Virus record (IMG/VR): IMGVR_UViG_3300020157_000005
Span: 1,769 to 65,768 of that record
Length of the DNA stretch: 64,000 nt
DNA from: a virus
Lineage: Duplodnaviria; Caudoviricetes
Reading direction: 5' to 3' (one strand)
Positions 59,249-64,000 of the stretch are shown here, one piece after another. Under the pieces are notes generated by a model that was given only the letters and a program-made list of their open reading frames with translations, ran no database searches and had not been told where the DNA came from. Every line of letters starts with the position of its first letter. Position 1 is the stretch's first letter. A program made the position numbers and the translations under genes.

Positions 59249-59451
59249 AAATAGAAACCAAGTACAATATCGGAGATACCGTATGGTTCATGGATGGAAG
59301 TAAGCCAATATCAGATACAGTGACAAACTGGGCCATAGAAGGTAACCACGGTGGGAAAGTGCTAGAATACTACTATATGCCAAAATCATTCAATTCAGTG
59401 CCTGTAGATAAGTTATACAGTACAAAGGAACAGCTAATACAAGCACTATGA
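59245..59451 (+). CDS. Small SH3-like hypothetical protein
   Basis: MKIETKYNIGDTVW...LYSTKEQL. Confidence 0.65.
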   Translation: MKIETKYNIGDTVWFMDGSKPISDTVTNWAIEGNHGGKVLEYYYMPKSFNSVPVDKLYSTKEQLIQAL

Positions 59452-59642
59452 CAGACAAAGCATTGATAGTGTTCGGCAATATCACATTCGAGGAGAATCC
59501 GAATAGGGCACTGATACATGAAGTAGAACAAACACTGATAGTATCTAGGTACATAGCGGCAAAGGTGGCAGATGATCTGTGCAATGAATGGGCTGGATGG
59601 ATAATACCCTCACAGTACACCGGAGAAATAGTGTGGGAATAG
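59448..59642 (+). CDS. Hypothetical protein
   Basis: Coupled ORF. Confidence 0.5.
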   Translation: MTDKALIVFGNITFEENPNRALIHEVEQTLIVSRYIAAKVADDLCNEWAGWIIPSQYTGEIVWE

Positions 59643-59654
59643 GTAACAACACAA

Positions 59655-59719
59655 CCAGACAAGATACAGGAATGGGTAACAGGGCTATAGGCTCTCTACT
59701 CGTTTCTGTAGGTGTCTGG
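59655..59719 (+). other. Long intergenic hairpin
   Basis: 14-bp stem UACAGGAAUGGGUA/UACUCGUUUCUGUA plus CCAGAC/GUCUGG. Confidence 0.55.
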
Positions 59720-59739
59720 ATAACAAAACAACAGATAGA

Positions 59740-60042
59740 ATGGAACAAGGAAACGAATGGATGGAAATAGATGTACAAGGGTTATCTCAATTGTTGGCTA
59801 AAGATGCATGGGAAACCGAAACAAGGCTCAAACCGGATGAAGACCTCTACAACATAAACAGTGTAAGAGACCCGATAACAGGTGAACTAACAGTAGTGAA
59901 AGAGGTAAATGACCATTGGAGCAGCCAATACTGGGGGTTAGTAGAGCAGTATCGGTTACTAATAGTTCAACACGCAAAACCTACAGAAGATGGTAATCAA
60001 GCCCAAACAACCGCAGATAGACCTGAAGGAATTAATCAGTAA
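59740..60042 (+). CDS. Hypothetical protein
   Basis: In-strand ORF. Confidence 0.55.
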   Translation: MEQGNEWMEIDVQGLSQLLAKDAWETETRLKPDEDLYNINSVRDPITGELTVVKEVNDHWSSQYWGLVEQYRLLIVQHAKPTEDGNQAQTTADRPEGINQ

Positions 60043-60994
60043 TAGGTTAAGTGAGTATGACATATATAGGCAAATAATCGGCAATGAGTTCCGCATGAAT
60101 ATGTCCATGAAGAGTCCGTTACCAGGTCATAAGCATGGTGATAGGTCAGGGTCATTCTCTATAGGTGCATCTACATCAGGTAGGTTGATATGGAGGGACT
60201 ACAGCCTGGATATGAAGGGTGGGGCTATAGACCTGGTACAAGCTATATATGGGCTCACATATCCGGAGGCTCTACAGAAGGTGTGCAGTGACTTTGGGTT
60301 GTTGGTAAGTGATGGTATACAGTATAAGAAGATCATCAGCAGCTATGTACAACCGGTTATAGAGAAACATGACACCATCATCCATGTAAAGGCTGGTAAG
60401 TGGACCAAGAAGGCACTATCATACTGGGAAGCATATGGTATAGATCAGCAGCAGTTACAACAGGAGGAGATATACAATGTGGATGAATGGTACCTGAACC
60501 GTATGAGGATAGAAAGGAGGGATGGTGAAAATGTGTTCGCATACAGGTTCCCAGGTGATCTGTTCAAGATATATATGCCGGATAGAACCAGAGATGAAGG
60601 TAGATGGAAGACGAATGTACCATGTGCTACTGTAGAAGGGTTAGATAGATTGAATGGGGACAAGAAGGTGTTGATAACTAAGTCACGAAAAGATAGGATA
60701 TGTCTACAGCAGATAGTGCCATATACAGTGTTAAACGTGCAAAACGAAGGGTCTAGCTGTTTTACAGAAGAGTTTAGAAAGCAACTAGAACATAGAGAAA
60801 TTATCGTTATGTATGACAACGATCCACCGGGAGTTACCAACTGCAAGAAAATATGTGATGCATATGGGTATCAGTATGTAAATGTTCCCAGACATCTACT
60901 ACAGGAAGGCGTGAAAGATGCAGCAGATTGGGTAGCCAGTACAGGTAGCTATGAGCAGTTACAGGAGTTCATGAAAAGCAAACAGATAATATAG
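59990..60994 (+). CDS. dnaG: DNA primase (DnaG-like TOPRIM, crAss-like)
   Basis: KSPL...DRSGSF degenerate Zn-binding domain, ITKSRKD, QNEG, YDNDPPG, KDAAD. Confidence 0.88.
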   Translation: MVIKPKQPQIDLKELISNRLSEYDIYRQIIGNEFRMNMSMKSPLPGHKHGDRSGSFSIGASTSGRLIWRDYSLDMKGGAIDLVQAIYGLTYPEALQKVCSDFGLLVSDGIQYKKIISSYVQPVIEKHDTIIHVKAGKWTKKALSYWEAYGIDQQQLQQEEIYNVDEWYLNRMRIERRDGENVFAYRFPGDLFKIYMPDRTRDEGRWKTNVPCATVEGLDRLNGDKKVLITKSRKDRICLQQIVPYTVLNVQNEGSSCFTEEFRKQLEHREIIVMYDNDPPGVTNCKKICDAYGYQYVNVPRHLLQEGVKDAADWVASTGSYEQLQEFMKSKQII

Positions 60995-61001
60995 ATACAC
61001 A

Positions 61002-61187
61002 ATGAAAGAGACAAAGACTTACTACATCGGTTGGAACAGGTATGAAGGAAAAGCAATATCATACAGCACACAGGAACATGCAGAAAAATCTGGTAACTAC
61101 TGGAAACAGATAAACAGTACCAGTTACAGGGAAGCGAAAGAACAGTTCCTGGAGGATGTTCGGGAGAATCACAGTGAAATGGAATAG
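61002..61187 (+). CDS. Hypothetical protein
   Basis: In-strand ORF. Confidence 0.5.
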   Translation: MKETKTYYIGWNRYEGKAISYSTQEHAEKSGNYWKQINSTSYREAKEQFLEDVRENHSEME

Positions 61188-61190
61188 TAT

Positions 61191-61376
61191 ATGGAAAAGA
61201 CAATATGGGTATGTGGCATGTGTGGTAGCCAGAATGTAGAAGAGCGAGTATGGGTCAATATGAACACCGGTGATTGCAATATAGGAGAAGCAGAGTTCGA
61301 AGATACATGGTGTGTAGATTGTGACAAGAATACAAATGTAGAAGATATCAATGACTACAAAACTACAGAGAAATGA
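61191..61376 (+). CDS. Zn-ribbon protein
   Basis: CGMCGS...WCVDC. Confidence 0.65.
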   Translation: MEKTIWVCGMCGSQNVEERVWVNMNTGDCNIGEAEFEDTWCVDCDKNTNVEDINDYKTTEK

Positions 61377-61627
61377 TACAAGCAACTATAGCAGATATAA
61401 TGCGAGTACTGGATATACAGAGATCAGCAATTACTACAGGGCTCCTGTACAAGCTGAGGGGCAACTGCACATACCAGGACACAGAAGGGGTAGAAGATAT
61501 GTACAGTATATCAGTAGAAGAGAGAATAGGAGCACAACTAGATGAGTATGAGCAGAAAGAGTTGTCGGAGATACTGGGGCTATGTGATATACATATGTGC
61601 AGCTACTTCAGGATCACTGATATATAA
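61373..61627 (+). CDS. Hypothetical protein
   Basis: Coupled ORF. Confidence 0.5.
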   Translation: MIQATIADIMRVLDIQRSAITTGLLYKLRGNCTYQDTEGVEDMYSISVEERIGAQLDEYEQKELSEILGLCDIHMCSYFRITDI

Positions 61628-61649
61628 CCAAACAAAATAGTAAAGAATC

Positions 61650-62597
61650 ATGGAACAACATACAGTAATAGAGAGTGGAGAAATGAATACAGTGGAGTAC
61701 ACCAGTATACAGGAAAAGGTGTTCGAGCTGCTATACAATGGGAAACTGGCATGGTCAGTCAACAAGGAGCAGTTGTACACAGAAGATGGTACAATAGCAC
61801 CTACAGCATTTGCAACTAGAAGGAGTGACAATGGTGATGTGTTAGGTATAGTGGGTGGTAGGTATGCGATACTGCAGAATCAGCAGTTAGCACAGGAGTT
61901 TATACAAGCTAGTGAAGGGTTCGGGTTGACAGAGATAGCAGGTACATCAGTGAATGGTGGCAGGAAGGTGGTTATACGGGCCAAGATAGGCAGTATACAG
62001 ATAGGTACAGATACAGTACACAGGTATATCACAGTATCGAATACACATGATGGCACTGGTCAAGTTCGTTTGGGGATGTACAATAAGGTATTAGTCTGCA
62101 GTAATGGCCTAATGAGGGAGATTAGCAGCAATGAACTAGCCAAGGTGAAGCACACTACCAATGCCAGTGAGAAGATGAACTGGTACATTAGGAACATACC
62201 ACAGGTGCTAGAAGCAGAAAGGCAGATGATGGAGAACTACAAGTTACTATCTGAAGTAAAGGTAAACCAGAAGCATATACAGGCCCTGATAGATCATGTG
62301 TATCAGGTAGATAGTTCACTACCTACAGATGAGATATCAACTAGGAAACAGAATCAGGTAAAGGAGTTCGACAAAGCTCTGACCACCAATGGGTTGAATG
62401 TACATGGCAACACTCTATGGGGCGCATTACAAGCTATGACTTTTATTCAAAGTCGTGATATGAAGACAGGTAGGTTGTCAGATGACAAGGTGATGACGGG
62501 TAGTGGCCAAGAGAAGTCGAATCTTACGTATGAATTACTGATGAAGATGATCGGTAATCCTGCATATGAGCTGACAGAAGAACTCGAACTAGCATAG
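61650..62597 (+). CDS. DUF932/DUF945-family phage/plasmid protein
   Basis: RRSDNGDVLGIVGGRYAILQN, NGGRKV, NTHDGT, VCSNG, KHT, GNTLWGALQAMT. Confidence 0.85.
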   Translation: MEQHTVIESGEMNTVEYTSIQEKVFELLYNGKLAWSVNKEQLYTEDGTIAPTAFATRRSDNGDVLGIVGGRYAILQNQQLAQEFIQASEGFGLTEIAGTSVNGGRKVVIRAKIGSIQIGTDTVHRYITVSNTHDGTGQVRLGMYNKVLVCSNGLMREISSNELAKVKHTTNASEKMNWYIRNIPQVLEAERQMMENYKLLSEVKVNQKHIQALIDHVYQVDSSLPTDEISTRKQNQVKEFDKALTTNGLNVHGNTLWGALQAMTFIQSRDMKTGRLSDDKVMTGSGQEKSNLTYELLMKMIGNPAYELTEELELA

Positions 62598-62734
62598 TGC
62601 CAATACATAGAGAGAGATACTACAACCTATCTGTAGTAGTAGGAAATACAGAAGATGCCCATGGTCGAGAAGTACAAGTGAAGATATCAGTGACAGCAGA
62701 CCAGGATGAATGGGATGAAATCGATGAAGACTAG
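62597..62734 (+). CDS. Possible 45-aa acidic protein (GTG start)
   Basis: Hand translation ending VTADQDEWDEIDED*; start overlaps the previous stop. Confidence 0.3.
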   Translation: MPIHRERYYNLSVVVGNTEDAHGREVQVKISVTADQDEWDEIDED

Positions 62735-62918
62735 GATATAACCCCATCAAATACACAACTACTCCAACACAGGGTACACAACCAACACTACAGAGAGAAA
62801 AGACCAGATAACTATACATATACAGACATTGGGGAATGCTACTGTATGATGGAATAGGCCGGTATATATCCCTGTAGTGTTGGAGTACTCTGGGAGGAGG
62901 GTAAAAACTAGAGAAGAT

Positions 62919-63278
62919 ATGACAGAGAAACAGAAAGACATACTGCTAGTAGCAGAATACATGGGTGGACGAGAATATATACACAAGGCTCACTATCCAC
63001 ACTACATGCAGGTAGAAGCAGAGTTACTGGATGGGAATGATCTCAGGTTCGACACATCATATGACTGGCTCATACCAGTAGTGAAGAAAGCAATGTTCGA
63101 GATACGTATGGAGATATCAGAAGACCCACTAGCAATATTGGGAGGGGATGATGAGAGGAAAAAAGAACTGAGACGCACCAGAGACAAACTAGAAAATACA
63201 CTGCTGACATGTGATATAGAGAAATTACATCCAATAGTAGTACAGGCAATTAAATTGATCACAGGTAAAAAGCATTAG
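62919..63278 (+). CDS. Hypothetical protein (start MTEKQK)
   Basis: VAEYMG...LRFDTSYDWLIPVV motif. Confidence 0.6.
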   Translation: MTEKQKDILLVAEYMGGREYIHKAHYPHYMQVEAELLDGNDLRFDTSYDWLIPVVKKAMFEIRMEISEDPLAILGGDDERKKELRRTRDKLENTLLTCDIEKLHPIVVQAIKLITGKKH

Positions 63279-63342
63279 AAGTATTACGAGGAATATTACT
63301 AGAACTAAAAACACTAAAAGAGAATAGCAAAAACAAATAGAC

Positions 63343-63915
63343 ATGATAGCAGCAGCAAAGAAAATAGTACCATCAATATCAACATTATCTGTTAATTTGA
63401 AAGTGATACAGATAAACAATAAGCAGATGACATTTGGGGTATTCAGGCAACTCTACGAAGGAGTAATATACGATAGTGAAAACAACCTGATGCATGAACT
63501 CTGGGGTAAAGTGAACTATAAAGATGAAACCTGGATAGTCTATCAAGTAGGTGATGTACTGATGAAAATGAGTATAGACAAAATAGACAGAGGAGTACAT
63601 ACATTTGCTGGATATCTACAGTATGAAAAGATTACAGAGAGATTCCACAGTTTGAAGTATTTGATTGGATATAAAAGCAGTGGACTCTACTATGAGAAAA
63701 GTTCAGTGAGTAGATCATATGATAGGTGGGCGTGTTGTGGAGAGAAAAGAGAAGTTTGTGGTCCAGTATTAGAAGAATTATTTAGAAGAGATGTATCACC
63801 AGATATAGTGAAGGAAATAGAACAGGAGTGGTATCGGGTAAAGCAAATAAGTGAAAAAGGTAAAAAACTGTATGAGAAGTGTGAAGCACTTGATCAATTA
63901 TTCATAGCAGTATAA
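63343..63915 (+). CDS. Hypothetical protein
   Basis: KQMTFGVFRQL...WGKVNY...LDQLFIAV. Confidence 0.6.
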   Translation: MIAAAKKIVPSISTLSVNLKVIQINNKQMTFGVFRQLYEGVIYDSENNLMHELWGKVNYKDETWIVYQVGDVLMKMSIDKIDRGVHTFAGYLQYEKITERFHSLKYLIGYKSSGLYYEKSSVSRSYDRWACCGEKREVCGPVLEELFRRDVSPDIVKEIEQEWYRVKQISEKGKKLYEKCEALDQLFIAV

Positions 63916-64000
63916 TAACACCTAAATAACATCATAGTAGTAGGTTTTGCAGTACATTTACAGTGCAGCTAATACCAGTACCATGACATTCAATAACCAC

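Noticed and set aside
513-63600. Many short antisense ORFs in the track (plus strand below 38 kb, minus strand above 40 kb)
   Set aside because: They are shadows of long opposite-strand genes, with no protein-like features or expression signals
1-64000. Stop-codon reassignment (TAG or TGA) as in some crAss-like phages
   Set aside because: Core genes (terL, portal, MCP, muzzle, polA, primase) are full-length in the standard code, and TAG and TGA end tightly packed genes
1-64000. CRISPR array, DGR reverse transcriptase, introns/inteins, integrase
   Set aside because: No regularly spaced repeat-spacer run, no RT motif, no split or intein-enlarged core genes and no recombinase were seen

Overview
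This window is a 64-kb segment of a lytic crAss-like (Crassvirales-type) phage. The host is almost certainly in the Bacteroidota, based on recurrent TAnnTTTG promoter elements and no obvious Shine-Dalgarno motifs. The standard genetic code fits. Left arm (1-38.6 kb, minus strand) is the late module. It carries GroES, a GT-A glycosyltransferase, tail fibres, HU/IHF-like proteins, TerL, portal, a scaffold-like protein, MCP, ring, hub and collar proteins, a GH19 lysin, the muzzle (tail stabilization) protein and two putative ejected cargo proteins. The virion RNA polymerase probably lies beyond the left edge. A strand switch at about 38.6-40 kb is followed by a plus-strand early region of small ORFs interleaved with large structured non-coding elements. 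The replication module follows (RepL-like, GHKL ATPase, PolA, ParB-like, DnaB-like helicase, AAA/Sak4-like, SSB-like, primase, DUF932). The strongest unexplained signals are three. (1) The cargo proteins are built of modules separated by recurrent xxxGG motifs, and one carries a compositionally foreign Pol-beta-type nucleotidyltransferase between near-identical KWLxKY end tags. (2) A series of G-U-rich, long-stem-closed, branched RNAs sits between early genes. (3) Five TAnnTT(T/C)G elements lie exactly 4 nt before an ATG, suggesting leaderless mRNAs, alongside other phage-specific motifs. All family calls are by-eye motif and synteny recognition; no searches or folding programs were run.
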